Shown here in pieces: positions 23,186-35,129 of a stretch of DNA of 48,602 nucleotides (position 1 is the first letter of the stretch; every line of letters starts with the position of its first letter). This DNA comes from Octopus bimaculoides (Eukaryota): positions 130,801,558-130,850,159 of the forward strand of contig NC_068984.1 in NCBI RefSeq assembly GCF_001194135.2. The letters run 5' to 3'. A program made the position numbers and the translations under genes. The notes beneath the pieces are model-generated. The model was not told the origin of the DNA. It worked only from the letters and a program-made list of their open reading frames with translations, and searched no databases.

Positions 23186-23296
23186 TTTATATGTGTTTTC
23201 TCAAGACGAATACTGCATTATTATGGCGTTCATGCAGTATGTCCAGGTTGAGCAGGATATAAAGATAAGTATCGACCCTATTATATCACTGACTCC

Positions 23297-23563
23297 TTCA
23301 CCTGCACTTCTAGCATCTCCTGTTCTCTCTTTCCTTCTCTATACATCGGTCAAACGGGACGCCGCTTGGCTGACCGGTTCGCGGAACACCTCCGAGACAT
23401 CAGACTTGGCAACGACACCCTGGTCTCACGCCATTTCCGTTCTACCGGTAATTCTTTACAGCACCTGTCTGGGTTCGGATTGTCTTTGCACAGGGGCCAT
23501 ATGGCGCAAAGGAGCGAACAGAGAAGATTAATCCCTGCTCACGGCGAAGACGGGAGTCCGGAA
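23297..23563 (+). mobile_element. Penelope-like GIY-YIG endonuclease fragment
   Basis: FTCTSSISCSLFPSLYIGQTGRRLADRFAEHLRDIRLGNDTLVSRHFRSTG: YIGQT..RxxEH motif of PLE endonucleases. Confidence 0.9.
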
Positions 23564-24363
23564 TGGTCTATTTTGCCGAACCGCTAAGTTGCGGGAACGT
23601 AAACACACTGGCATCGGGTGTCAAGCGATGAGGGTGGAGGTGGGGGAAAACGAGTGTGATTTAAGGGATATTTGGCTGCTATTTCTTCGTTCGCTCGTGC
23701 TGGTGATGGTGGTGGTGGTGGTGGTGAAGATAGCAACATGGTGGTTTTGCTAATATGTGTTAGTGATAGTGTTGGAATGATGTTGATACATGCGATATTG
23801 CGGATAATGTGGTAGAACCGGTGGAAGTGTGATAAGAACGAAATACTGCCTCAGTTGTGATGCTGGTGATGGTGATGGTGGTAGTACATTAATATGGCAG
23901 GAGTAGTTGAAGTGCATGTATGTATGCGAAGTGGTAGTGTCATACTGATATAGGTGATGGTGGTGTTGGTGATATCAATGTCATGATGGTTAACGGCAGC
24001 GCTGGATTAACCATTAAGCAGAAGAAGGACTTGCTGAGGGCAAGAAGGGAAGTAGTGGTGGTGTTGATGTTGGTGGGGGGTTACCATAGAAATGGTAAAT
24101 GGTTTACAGCACAAAAGAATCACTTTAAACTTGCTAAAATGATACTCGCGATGCCTTCCTTCTACTAAGTATAGATTAATTTTGAGGATCAGATCAAAGA
24201 CTTTGCAATTAAAAAAAAAAGTAGACGAAAACTTGTCAAATACAAATAAAGTGTAAGTATACAAAAATAAATAATATTTTCCATCTTGCTGTTAGTTTTG
24301 TTTCAGTTTGAAAAATAAAACTTTATTTTATGGTTTATTATTGTTTATATTTTGAATTACATA

Positions 24364-24565
24364 CAGGGTGGTCCAAAAATAAGTTTACAGTTATTCAACT
24401 ATCTCTTTCGCATTCATATATTAACAGTTTAGATATAAATTATAAAAAAAATATTCTATGCTAATTTAGTTAATTGTAAGATAGAAGTTTAAAGGTAATA
24501 AAATGCTTTAAAAGAAATCTCAAGTACCCATATGATAACAATAAACCTACTTTTGGACCACCCTG
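24364..24565. mobile_element. Tc1/mariner MITE (202 bp)
   Basis: TA|CAGGGTGGTCCAAAA ... TTTTGGACCACCCTG|TA, about 31-bp imperfect TIRs. Confidence 0.9.
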
Positions 24566-24789
24566 TATATATGGGGGTAGCAAAATTTTTTAAGTGCTTA
24601 GAGCCTCTATGCGTCTTCGGTCTGTAACTGAATATCTACATTATGCTCTCGCCATTTTTCACTTTACAAGTCACACATATATACCATATGCGAAAAAAAA
24701 ACCTCCGGTCACTTCAAACCAGCAAGGTCACTGGCCCTAGCAGTGTCCCTTCTTTTATGCTCACAAAACACGCTCAGAGTTAGTCCCTA

Positions 24790-25410
24790 TCCTCACCAAG
24801 CTCTTCAGTCTCCCCTCTCCTCCATCTCTCTTTAGAATTATATTCTGATATTCGGGAACACGCCACTGCATGTCTCATTCCCAAGAATGAAAACTAATTC
24901 TTATGTAATGTTATTACCAGTTTGAATATGCCAGCGGCAAGTTCGAATTCACTCTGTTTTGTCTTGGAGAAAATTTCTCGCTGTAGACAAACGGTGTAAA
25001 TTCACCTAAATCAGCTCACACATCAGTGCATAGCGCTCCCACCACATAATCTAATTCTTTCACATATCAACTTATTGCATTCATCACCTACAGGTGATGA
25101 AGACATCCATCAACAACAATCTTAACCAAGTAATCGAATCTCTGAATTTCTTTTCTTTACTGACCACCAGTACGGCTATCATAAGGTCAGACTTACAAAA
25201 AACCAGCTCAAGTGAAATTGTGTTGTTGCTCACGACAACAATAAGACTTTCGATCGTATCTTGCAAGTAAATCTTTCGGCAAAAGTACCTGCATATAGAC
25301 CCCGATCCACCTCTAGTTCCTTATGGGAATAATGGCTTACTTTCAGATTGCACAGTCGCAGTATGTGCTGATGAAGTTTTCTCTGACCCATACTCAATCA
25401 ACTCTGGTTG
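24790..25410 (+). mobile_element. Decayed CR1/L2/Jockey-group LINE RT fragment
   Basis: Frameshifted pieces PILTKLFS, VMKTSINNNL, DHQYGY, KTFDRI and DCTVAVCADEVFSDPYSINSG align with RT motifs DxQYGF, KAFDRV and IAVRVDGVLSxPFxINSGVPQG. Confidence 0.7.
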
Positions 25411-25861
25411 CTAGAGTATGGTTTCAAACTTCTGGGCTGCACAAAAAGAATAGATTCTTAAATTTCATTTCTATTTTATTGATCATCACAGACTGCAGGA
25501 TGTTTTTGCATTATATATTATATATGTAATATATATGCATTATATATGTAATAATTAAATTATGTATCATGCACTTCGTTGAGTTTTATTATATGTATGA
25601 TACCCCAATCCATGGAAAAATTATCTTGCATGAAATCGGTCCGTGGATTGAAAAATATTGGGAATGTGTACCATATATGATGCAGGGTGCAGGGATACAA
25701 GGGAAATATATCCTGTGTATCACATGAGACAGGTAAAGGTTTTTTTTTTCTATTTTCTTAAATTCTTGTATAAAACTTTTAGATTTTAAGTAAAGTTGGA
25801 AGCACAAGAAATTTTGGTTTAAGTTCAGCAAGTTTCCATTTACAGCTAATATTTGAGTAAC

Positions 25862-26220
25862 ATGCGTGGCACCTTGGCTAAGTGTCTTCTACTATAGCCT
25901 CGGGCTGACCAAAGCCTTGTGAGTGGATTTGGTAGACGGAAACTGAAAGAAGCCCGTCGTATATATATGTATACATATATATATGTATGTGTGTGTATAT
26001 GTATGTGTGTCTGTGTTTGTCCCCCCCCCCAACATCGCTTGACAACCGATGCTAGTGTGTTTACGTCCCCGTAACTTAGCGGTTCGGCAAAAGAGACCGA
26101 TAGAACAAGTATTAGGCTTACAAAGAATAAGTCCTGGGGTCGATTTGCTCGACTAAAGGCAGTGCTCCAGCATGGCCACAGTCAAATGACTGAAACAAGT
26201 AAAAGAGTAAAAGAGTATAA
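25862..26220 (+). mobile_element. SINE family A, 5'-truncated
   Basis: Same body and tail as 43207-43616. Confidence 0.9.
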
Positions 26221-27452
26221 GTCCCAATTTACTCTTGTGGNNNNNNNNNNNNNNNNNNNNNNNNNNNNNNNNNNNNNNNNNNNNNNNNNNNNNNNNNNNN
26301 NNNNNNNNNNNNNNNNNNNNNNNNNNNNNNNNNNNNNNNNNNNNNNNNNNNNNNNNNNNNNNNNNNNNNNNNNNNNNNNNNNNNNNNNNNNNNNNNNNNN
26401 NNNNNNNNNNNNNNNNNNNNNNNNNNNNNNNNNNNNNNNNNNNNNNNNNNNNNNNNNNNNNNNNNNNNNNNNNNNNNNNNNNNNNNNNNNNNNNNNNNNN
26501 NNNNNNNNNNNNNNNNNNNNNNNNNNNNNNNNNNNNNNNNNNNNNNNNNNNNNNNNNNNNNNNNNNNNNNNNNNNNNNNNNNNNNNNNNNNNNNNNNNNN
26601 NNNNNNNNNNNNNNNNNNNNNNNNNNNNNNNNNNNNNNNNNNNNNNNNNNNNNNNNNNNNNNNNNNNNNNNNNNNNNNNNNNNNNNNNNNNNNNNNNNNN
26701 NNNNNNNNNNNNNNNNNNNNNNNNNNNNNNNNNNNNNNNNNNNNNNNNNNNNNNNNNNNNNNNNNNNNNNNNNNNNNNNNNNNNNNNNNNNNNNNNNNNN
26801 NNNNNNNNNNNNNNNNNNNNNNNNNNNNNNNNNNNNNNNNNNNNNNNNNNNNNNNNNNNNNNNNNNNNNNNNNNNNNNNNNNNNNNNNNNNNNNNNNNNN
26901 NNNNNNNNNNNNNNNNNNNNNNNNNNNNNNNNNNNNNNNNNNNNNNNNNNNNNNNNNNNNNNNNNNNNNNTTAACACTATACATCTATAAGAGATGCTTT
27001 ATCAGGCAAATACTGCAGTTTGTAAGGCTTTTGCAACAGAGATAGCTATGCGTACACACACACACACACACACGGACACACACACACGGACACACACACA
27101 CACGGACACACACACACGGACACACACACACACGGACACACACACACACACACACACGCATCCACATATTTACATGTCCTTCCGACGATGATCTGGGAGT
27201 ACTTAATTCGAGGATCACCTTCACACTTGGATTACGTTTCGCTTTTGAATTCCTGTTCCATTGATTAAACACACACACGCACGCGCGCACATACACACGC
27301 ACACGCACACACACACACACATACACACACACGCACGCACACATGCACACGCACACACGGAAACAATAGACGATCTTTAATTAGTCACAGATTTAATTAT
27401 AGGTTTTCTGTACTTTAACTGACAGTAAAAGAGTAGACTCAATAACAACAAT

Positions 27453-27523
<71 letters not shown>

Positions 27524-27689
27524 GTGTTGCTCCTGATGACTTCAATGGTGTGAAGCACAAGGATAACCAGAAAAGACAACAATGAAAAATAACTGTAGTA
27601 AACTTTGGAAACAAACGACAAAGTTTTCGAACCATAAAATAGAGAAAATCAATGCAAAAATAATTCTTTCTAATTTTGGCCCAAGGTCA

Positions 27690-28300
27690 GCACTTTTAGG
27701 GGGTGGGGAATAGTTGTTTACATCGACTACAGAGCTTAATTGATACTTATTTTTATTTTATCGAACCCCGCGAAATAATGGATGGTAAAATCAATCTCGG
27801 TAGGATTTGAACTCAGAACATAATGAACCGGAAGAAATGCTACTGAGTACTTTCTCCGATGCACTAACATTTCTTATTTCTTTATTGCCGACCAAGGGTC
27901 AAACATAGAGGGGACAAACAAGGACAGACAAAAGGGATTAAGTCGATTACATCGACGCCAGTGCGTAACTGGTACTTAATGTATCGACCTCGAAAGGATG
28001 AAAGGCAAAGTCGACCTCGGCGGGATTTGAACTCAGAACGTAGCGGTAGATGAAATACCGCTAGGAAATTTCGCCCGGCGTGCTACCATTTCTGCAAGCT
28101 CATCACCTTTAATGATTTCAAATTTTGGCAAAGGGCCATCGATCTTGAGATGGGCGAGTTAGTCGATTACATCGATCCTGAAAGGATGAAGAGTAAAGTT
28201 GACCCCAGCGGGATTTGAATGCAGAATGCAAAGGAGTGGAAGAAATAAAGCAAGGCATTTTCCCAACTCTCTACCGACTCTGCCAGCTCTCCACCTACAG
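27690..28300 (-). mobile_element. Cluster of three SINE family B copies
   Basis: Repeated ATCGAC..AAAGTCGACC..GG.ATTTGAACTCAGAAC blocks at about 27760, 27985 and 28160. Confidence 0.8.
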
Positions 28301-29469
28301 TCATTGCAGTACCAGACAGTGGCTCTCATGGCTTCTGATCTTAACTGATTAGAAGCGTTATCATGTACATTGTTTTGTCTTGGTATAAGACCCGGAAAAA
28401 TGAAGGGTAATGTTATTTGATCTCAGAACGTAAGGAGACGGAAGCAATGCCGGTAAGTATTTTGTCCAACACGCTAACCTTTTTGCCAACTCGCCACCTT
28501 CAAATAGTAACTGTTTAAAATTTTGACCAACAATTTTAGGTAGATGACCTTAGTTAATACTATAGTGGTATTTCGAAAATTAACCGCTAGATGACCTATC
28601 AAACGCCATGGACGAGTCACAATAGTTTCACGAGATCGGCCCATTAAGCAGCCAATCAGCGTAGTGTTGTGGCGGATGAAGTTTTCGAGAATATTCTTCT
28701 TGTACCCAGTAAAAAAAAAAGCCGTGTTGACGCCTAAACTCTTTGCAGAATGTTGAAGGCAGCTGAGCGACATGTGCCTCCAATCTGCTCCGCTAGCGGT
28801 TCCGAACATTTGCACAGGCAACTCCAGGTTCTAGGACAGATCAAACTGAATATTCACACAATGTCTCATAAGTAACTTCGAATACGACGTGTTTTTTCCT
28901 TCTCTCAATTATCAATTATCAGTGTTATCAATTGTAAATATCCAACAACAAATATCCTTTGTGTCCGGCAATAACTATATCAATCAAATGCCCGCTTGTT
29001 GCATCAGTCATTCTACATGCAGCTTCTTTCAACAATAACGGTCTAGCAATGGTATATTCTTCGAGCGACTCAAGTGACAAGCAACCATTGCGATAACATC
29101 ATCCATTCAGTAGTTGGCTGGTACTGTACTTCCTCGACCCCGGTGGGATGAACAGCAAAATTAAACTTCTCTCGGCGGGATTTGAATTCAGGACCTAAAA
29201 GACCCCAACAGATGTCCCAAAGTAATTTCTTCGACGCTCAAACCATTCTACTAAGCCATCACAACAATAAATCCTTACGTAAATAATAAATAATAATTTT
29301 GCAATAAACTAGAATTATTACAGACCGCTCAGTGGGTTTATACGATGGTGGTGTGTGTATTAGGGTAAGGTTTAATGTCCTATAAATTATAAAATTTGAA
29401 ACTAAATCCCGAGTGAGGTTTTTATTTCCACTGTATATGACAATTAAGGTTTTAAATGTTACTGGTTTA

Positions 29470-29525
29470 TTACCCGTGACGTCTCGCTTAGAGCCGCCAT
29501 ATTTCTGTAGTTGCGTCACTTCAGT
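29470..29525 (-). promoter_or_regulatory. Candidate promoter or 5' exon motif cluster (YY1, CRE-like)
   Basis: GCCGCCATATTT 29493-29504, TGACGTCT 29477-84 and TGCGTCAC 29512-19 within 50 bp. Confidence 0.35.
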
Positions 29526-30155
29526 TTATTGTTTTTACGATACTGCTGTTGAGTGGGGGGGGGGTTATTTGTAGNNNNNNNNNNNNNNNNNNNNNNNNNN
29601 NNNNNNNNNNNNNNNNNNNNNNNNNNNNNNNNNNNNNNNNNNNNNNNNNNNNNNNNNNNNNNNNNNNNNNNNNNNNNNNNNNNNNNNNNNNNNNNNNNNN
29701 NNNNNNNNNNNNNNNNNNNNNNNNNNNNNNNNNNNNNNNNNNNNNNNNNNNNNNNNNNNNNNNNNNNNNNNNNNNNNNNNNNNNNNNNNNNNNNNNNNNN
29801 NNNNNNNNNNNNNTCAAGAAGTGGAAGAGGACAAGGTGCGCAACCGCTGCAGCAGTAGTAGTAACAAAAAACCACAGAAGTGACAACAACAGCAGTAAAA
29901 CAATGACAAAAGACAACGATAGTCACACGACACGCCCTGGATAGTGTATAAGAGTGCAAGATATTTAGACTGTCACACTGCACCCCCATGCAATAAAATA
30001 TTGTATCTGTCTGTCTGTCTGTCTGTTTGTGTGTCTGTCTGTGTGTCTCTGTCTTTGCCTCTCTCTACGTACATACATATATACATACACACATGCGTGT
30101 GTGTAGTGTGTGTGTGTGGTGTGTGTGGTGTGTGTGTGTGTGTGTGTGTGTGTTC

Positions 30156-30186
<31 letters not shown>

Positions 30187-30237
30187 CGCGTGCGTGCGCA
30201 TGTGTATGTAGTTTTAATATAATCTAGGTAATTATAG

Positions 30238-30447
30238 TTTCCAGCTGGCAGAATCGTTAGCATGTCGGACAAAATGCTTAGTGGCATTTCGTCCGTCTGT
30301 ACATTTTGAGTTTAAATTCTGCCGAGGTCGACTCTGTCTTTCGGCCTTTCGGAGACGATAAAATAAGTACTAGCAGAGCACTAGGGTCGATGTAATCGAC
30401 TTACCCCTCCCCCAAAATTGTTGATCTTGTGCCAAAATTTGAAAGCA
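30238..30447 (+). mobile_element. SINE family B
   Basis: CAGCTGGCAGAATCGTTAGC head through CCAAAATTTGAAA 3' end. Confidence 0.85.
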
Positions 30448-30803
30448 ATAGAATCTGGGTAATAACCTTATAGGGTGCTTTCCAAAGCTCCTCTGCGGAT
30501 ACCGGCCACCAAATGTCAAACTATGGACACTTTTTCGGTTACTAAATATACATGTGGAAATCCAAAAATATCCGTAGAGTATAAACGAACACATTTTAAT
30601 ACGAGGAGATGGATTGAACAGGCTTCATTACATATCTCTACAATTGTTTCAACGCATCATTATCAGTTGTTAATTGCTGAATGTGACATATATTATATGC
30701 AATACTGTATTAATCTTATCCAACAATAGCCGTATACAAGCACATCTTTTGGTTGCCAGAGTCAAGGCACTGCTTTATTTACGTATACATATTTTATATC
30801 TAT

Positions 30804-30848
<45 letters not shown>

Positions 30849-30850
<2 letters not shown>

Positions 30851-30975
30851 GGGTGTCCACAAAGTCTGGGTACATGGAGTAAATAAAATCATGACATAAA
30901 CAATTAAATATAAGAAATAATAATTTCTTAACGTATGTGTTAATCCTCATGTATCCAGACTTTGTGGACACCCTG
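30849..30975. mobile_element. Tc1/mariner MITE (127 bp) in (TA)n
   Basis: TA|CCGGGTGTCCACAAAGTCTGGGTACATG ... CATGTATCCAGACTTTGTGGACACCCTG|TA. Confidence 0.9.
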
Positions 30976-31329
30976 TACATTATATGTGCATATATATATG
31001 TATATATTATATACATATATACATTATATGTATGTATATTCTATGTATGTGTAGATATGTATGTATACATACTTACATACATACGTGCATACCTTCACGC
31101 ATGCATGCACACATGCACGCGCACACACACACACACACATGCACATGCACACAAGATTATGAATGTCCAACAGTGTAGTCACTAAACTGACGCCATGAAG
31201 CGGCACCGCTTCGAAGAGGCTTAGTCAATCATATACCCCCCCCCCCAGTTCTTATTTTAAATCTGGTTCTTGTTCATTCCACCAGAATCTTTTTGCTGAA
31301 GCGTTTAAGTTACAGTGGGGACGTAAACA

Positions 31330-31670
31330 AACCAACACCAGAACTCAAGGGGTAAGAGACAAACACAAAGAATCTTTCTTAGGATTCTTGTAGAATACAT
31401 GATTGCATTTTTCTGCCGAACGACAATGGAAGTCTCAATTCCGATATCTTTCAGAGCCATGGATGTCAATATGGACGTTGTGCCAAGTGCATCAATTACC
31501 ACAGAAATAATTGTCATCTTAGTCTCGCACAATCCTATTGGTCTCTCTGGATCAGTCCTGATATTTCTCAATTTTCTCAATTTCCACTCTATATTATCGT
31601 ATGGTATCGCAAAATTTATGATCTTTAACTCTGCTTTTTTTTTTCTCCTCTACAATCATATCTGATCTTG
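31330..31670 (-). mobile_element. Decayed RLE-type (R4-like) LINE C-terminal fragment
   Basis: Minus-strand pieces INFAIPYD, EKIEKYQD and TKMTIISVVIDALGT..LKDIGIETSIVV.QKNAIMYSTRILRKIL. Confidence 0.75.
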
Positions 31671-31679
31671 CGTCAATAA

Positions 31680-31850
31680 TATACTCTTTTACTCTCTTAC
31701 TCCTTTCAGTCATTTGACTGTGGCCATGCTGGAGCACCGCCATTAGTCGAGCAAATCGACCCCAGGACTTATTCTTTGGATGCCTAGTACTTATTCTATC
31801 GATCTCTTTTGCCGAACCGCTAAGATACGGGGACATAAACACACCAGCAT
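31680..31850 (-). mobile_element. SINE family A 3' half abutting a (TTC)n tract (31850-32120)
   Basis: Tail (TTTTACTC)n and conserved GACTGTGGCCATGCTGGAGCACCGCC. Confidence 0.85.
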
Positions 31851-32348
31851 CTTCTTCTTCTTCTTCTTCTTCTTCTTCCTTTATTTCTTCTTCACTCTTC
31901 TCCCTCTTCTTCTTCTTCTTCTTCTTCTTCTTCTTCTTCTTCTTNNNNNNNNNNCTTCTTCTTCTTCTTCTTCTTCTTCTTCTTCTTCTTCTTCCTTTAT
32001 TTCTTCTTCTTCCTTTATTTCTTCTTCTTCTTCCTTTATTTCTTCTTCTTCTTCTTCTTCTTCTTCTTCTTCTTCTTCTTCTTCTTCTTCTTCTTCTTCT
32101 GCTTCTTCTTCTTCTTCTTCCGTGCCAGTGACGTTAGCGTGTGTGCATAGGATGGGTGGAGGTGGGTGGTTGACGAACTGCACAAGATAGTCACTTTATA
32201 TACATTGTTTGCTGTAGTCAAAAAGTATGTACCATCAAAGGAAAGGGCAGTCAATTTGGTTACTGCACAGACGTCAAAACACCACGCTATACCACTGGGT
32301 GTACCCTTAACCTAAGCATACCCTAAGTATACTCTTAACGTAATTCAG

Positions 32349-32511
32349 CAGTGTAGCTGGAATTGGGGTGGGTCGAAGGGGCACTCCATCCCGAGTGACG
32401 CTTTTGTGAGGACTGCCCTATTGAGTTTTACTGTATAAAGCCTGTATTAGAAGCGTCGTGGTGGCAACTCAACGGTTGTCCCGACTCACATACACCCTAG
32501 CTACGCCACTG
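32349..32511. mobile_element. Possible MITE with CAGTG(GC)GTAGCT termini
   Basis: CAGTGTAGCTGG ... CTAGCTACGCCACTG; no clear TSD. Confidence 0.4.
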
Positions 32512-33902
32512 ATGTAATGGTCAAGCAGAATCAGCGCGACATTGTGTGACAAAACTGGACCTTTTAGATAATAATGCAACTGGCTTCTACACAGTTACCA
32601 TTTACCAAATTTCAATCACAAGGCTTGGAACAATCTGAGGCCGTGGTAAAAGACGCTGAAGATGCCACGTAGTGAAATCGAAACCCAGGATCTCGTAATT
32701 CGAAGCAAAATCCTTAACCACTTAGCCATGCTTAGGTTCTGCTTCCTAGTAGAATCGAACTCGTGATTCAAAGCGAAATTCTTAATGATTTGGTTACGCT
32801 GTTTCCATATATTTATTGAAATACAAAAAAAAAAAGAGAAAAAATACACAAGTGCAACAACAAAAACAACAGTAGCAACAATGCCTCTAACGGCGTTACA
32901 TAACTTCCGGTTTTGTAGCCAAACAATGTAGCAGTTCAACTGACTTAATACTAACAAGATAGATTTAGGTGGCCGGTGGCGAGTACGTTGCCTGACCATT
33001 AAGCGGGTCGGGGGATGTCATGTATTTAGTAGATTACAATGTGATGAGAGGAGTTGTACGAGGGTTAAGGCGTTAGTGGTGGGGGGTAATGAAGAAAGAT
33101 TAGAGTGTGAAACGGCAGAGGGAAGAGGGTTAACATGCGAATTGGGAGTAAGCAGAAGATTTGAGAAGGTGGAGAGGAGTTATGGCGTAAAGTGGGAGGT
33201 GTGTTACTATGTGTGAGTCAGCAAGAATTAAGGTCATTGTTGTCATCACATAGTAGGAAAAAAAAACAAAAACAAAGCAAAACGCTTTGTTGTTGCTGCC
33301 ATAACAGTAGACTCTTTCCTTGGAAATAAATTACTTCAAAATTATAGATGTTTCTTGTCTTTGTGTTTTAGTTTACTTTTGTTGGACAACGGTATAATTA
33401 GCAAGTAGCTACGCTCACTTATACACGTTCGTCTTGTCCGCCTATCAATAGTGAAAACATTGTTTTTGGCTCGTGTGGTCTTTACTGTCAGCTGTAATAG
33501 TTATGTTACCTTAATAAATGGAATCTCCTGTATTTATTTTCTTTTAAGCAGATTCTTTCGAAGTGGATCAATAAAATTCATCTTATTCAGAATTCATGGT
33601 TACATTTTGTTTTTTACTTACTTATTTCAGTATTGGACTGCGGCTATGCTGGGGCACCGCCTTAGAAGAGTTTAGTAGAATAAATTGATCGCACTTTTTG
33701 ATTGTATAAGCTTTTTGTACTAATTTTATCGTTGTTTTTGCCGAAGCGCTATATTACGAGGATGTCAATAAACTAACACTAATTGTCAAGTGGTGGTGGA
33801 GAACACAAACGCGCGCTCACGCACGCACACACACACATGCACACACGCACGCACACAAACTGACAGACAGACAGACAGACACATACACACATATTACTAT
33901 AA

Positions 33903-34049
33903 GGTAAATTTTCAGATCAACACCCTAACCCTAACCCTAACCTAAACCCTAAAACCCTAGCCCTAACCCTAACCCTAAAACCCTAACCCTAAAACCCTAA
34001 CCCTAACACCCTAGTGAAAATCGTGCGGGTGTTAATCTGAAAATTTACC
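33903..34049. mobile_element. MITE (Merlin-like) carrying telomeric (CCCTAA)n
   Basis: 23-bp TIRs GGTAAATTTTCAGATCAACACCC / GGGTGTTAATCTGAAAATTTACC (1 mismatch); perfect 8-bp TSD TACTATAA at 33895-902 and 34050-57; about a dozen CCCTAA-type units inside. Confidence 0.9.
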
Positions 34050-34057
34050 TACTATAA

Positions 34058-34150
34058 TGGGTTTTATGTCCGTCTATCTGTCTGTTCTCTCTTCACGGTC
34101 AAACGGCTGGACCAATGGTCACGATGTTTTTCGGGGTTACGAAGGGGGTA
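34058..34150 (+). mobile_element. Possible Helitron-type 5' terminus
   Basis: CTATCTGTCTGTT..TTCACGGTCAAACGGCTGGACC resembles, from memory, non-autonomous Helitron 5' ends. Confidence 0.35.
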
Positions 34151-34154
34151 ATCA

Positions 34155-34282
34155 GGAAGATTTTTAGCGAAGAGCGTAAGCTCGAAACATCAAAGACTTT
34201 CCTATTCTTTCCGAGCGTCAAGCTAATACACCTGCTTGTTCCCTCACCTGTCTTCGTCTTTTGTTTTCTGTAAATTTGAACT
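34155..34282 (+). mobile_element. Putative Penelope terminal-repeat fragment with a degenerate hammerhead-like motif
   Basis: GAAGAGCGTAAGCTCGAAACATCAAAGAC and downstream sequence homologous to 36770-36930; followed by (TA)n. Confidence 0.5.
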
Positions 34283-34301
34283 ATATATATATATATATAT
34301 G

Positions 34302-35021
34302 CAGGCATACCTTATCCTATGTCGTTAATTGGTTCCAGGAGACACTACTTAAGTCGAATTGACTTGTCTCTAGGCTAGGCCGAATTTACATGTCTCCAGG
34401 CTAAACCGATAATAGTCATTCCCAGTCCTGTACTTTATTTATGAATGCATTTTCAATAAAACATGGTTAATGAAATCCTATTTTAAGCTTACAAACAAAT
34501 AATTTTTATTTTTCAATACAGTACAGTAAAAAAAAAGGAATCTAAATTTACGAATATAATTTGGCGGTATTTACGAATGCGGTTTACAATAAGACATGGT
34601 AAAATAAAAGCCTTTTTTAAGCTTAAAAAACAAATTCAATAATAATTATTATTTCGCAAAAGTAAAAGAAAAACTAAATTATTTTAAATTTACCAATACG
34701 TACATAGAATTTGGTGATTTCGTGATTTCATGATTTCGTTCACTAAGAGAGCACTACTTTATGGTGTGTATCTTAACATTTACTGTACGCATTTTAATAT
34801 AATTTTATATGCTTTTATTCTTATTTATTTTACAATAACATGATTTTATGTGCTTTTAACGGTTCTCTAGTGATTTTATGATTCCAATATTTATGGCGGA
34901 CAGATGTAAAGTCGAGTAAAATGATGTAATTTGATTTCTATTTTTCCATTTATTATTTTTGAAAACCGACGTATAATCGAGAACGACTTAAATCGAAACG
35001 ACTTAAGCCGAGGTATGCCTG
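34302..35021. mobile_element. pogo/Tigger-like non-autonomous DNA transposon
   Basis: Termini CAGGCATACCT ... AGGTATGCCTG|TA, inserted in (TA)n. Confidence 0.75.
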
Positions 35022-35051
35022 TATATATATATATATGTATGTATGTATGTA

Positions 35052-35084
<33 letters not shown>

Positions 35085-35129
35085 ATATATATCGATATGG
35101 TATAAGAGTTTAGTATGGTCCTCATCATT

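Noticed and set aside
25593-25630. DTPIHGKIILH resembling SAMHD1 DPIHGHIELH
   Set aside because: Similarity ends after about ten residues, with no HD motif or further exons.
27534-27570. CTGATGA followed by a CTTCA/TGAAG stem as another hammerhead
   Set aside because: No GAAA after the stem and no stem I or III pairing.
33921-34012. True telomere or chromosome fusion site
   Set aside because: The array is short, degenerate, single-orientation and enclosed by TIRs and a TSD.
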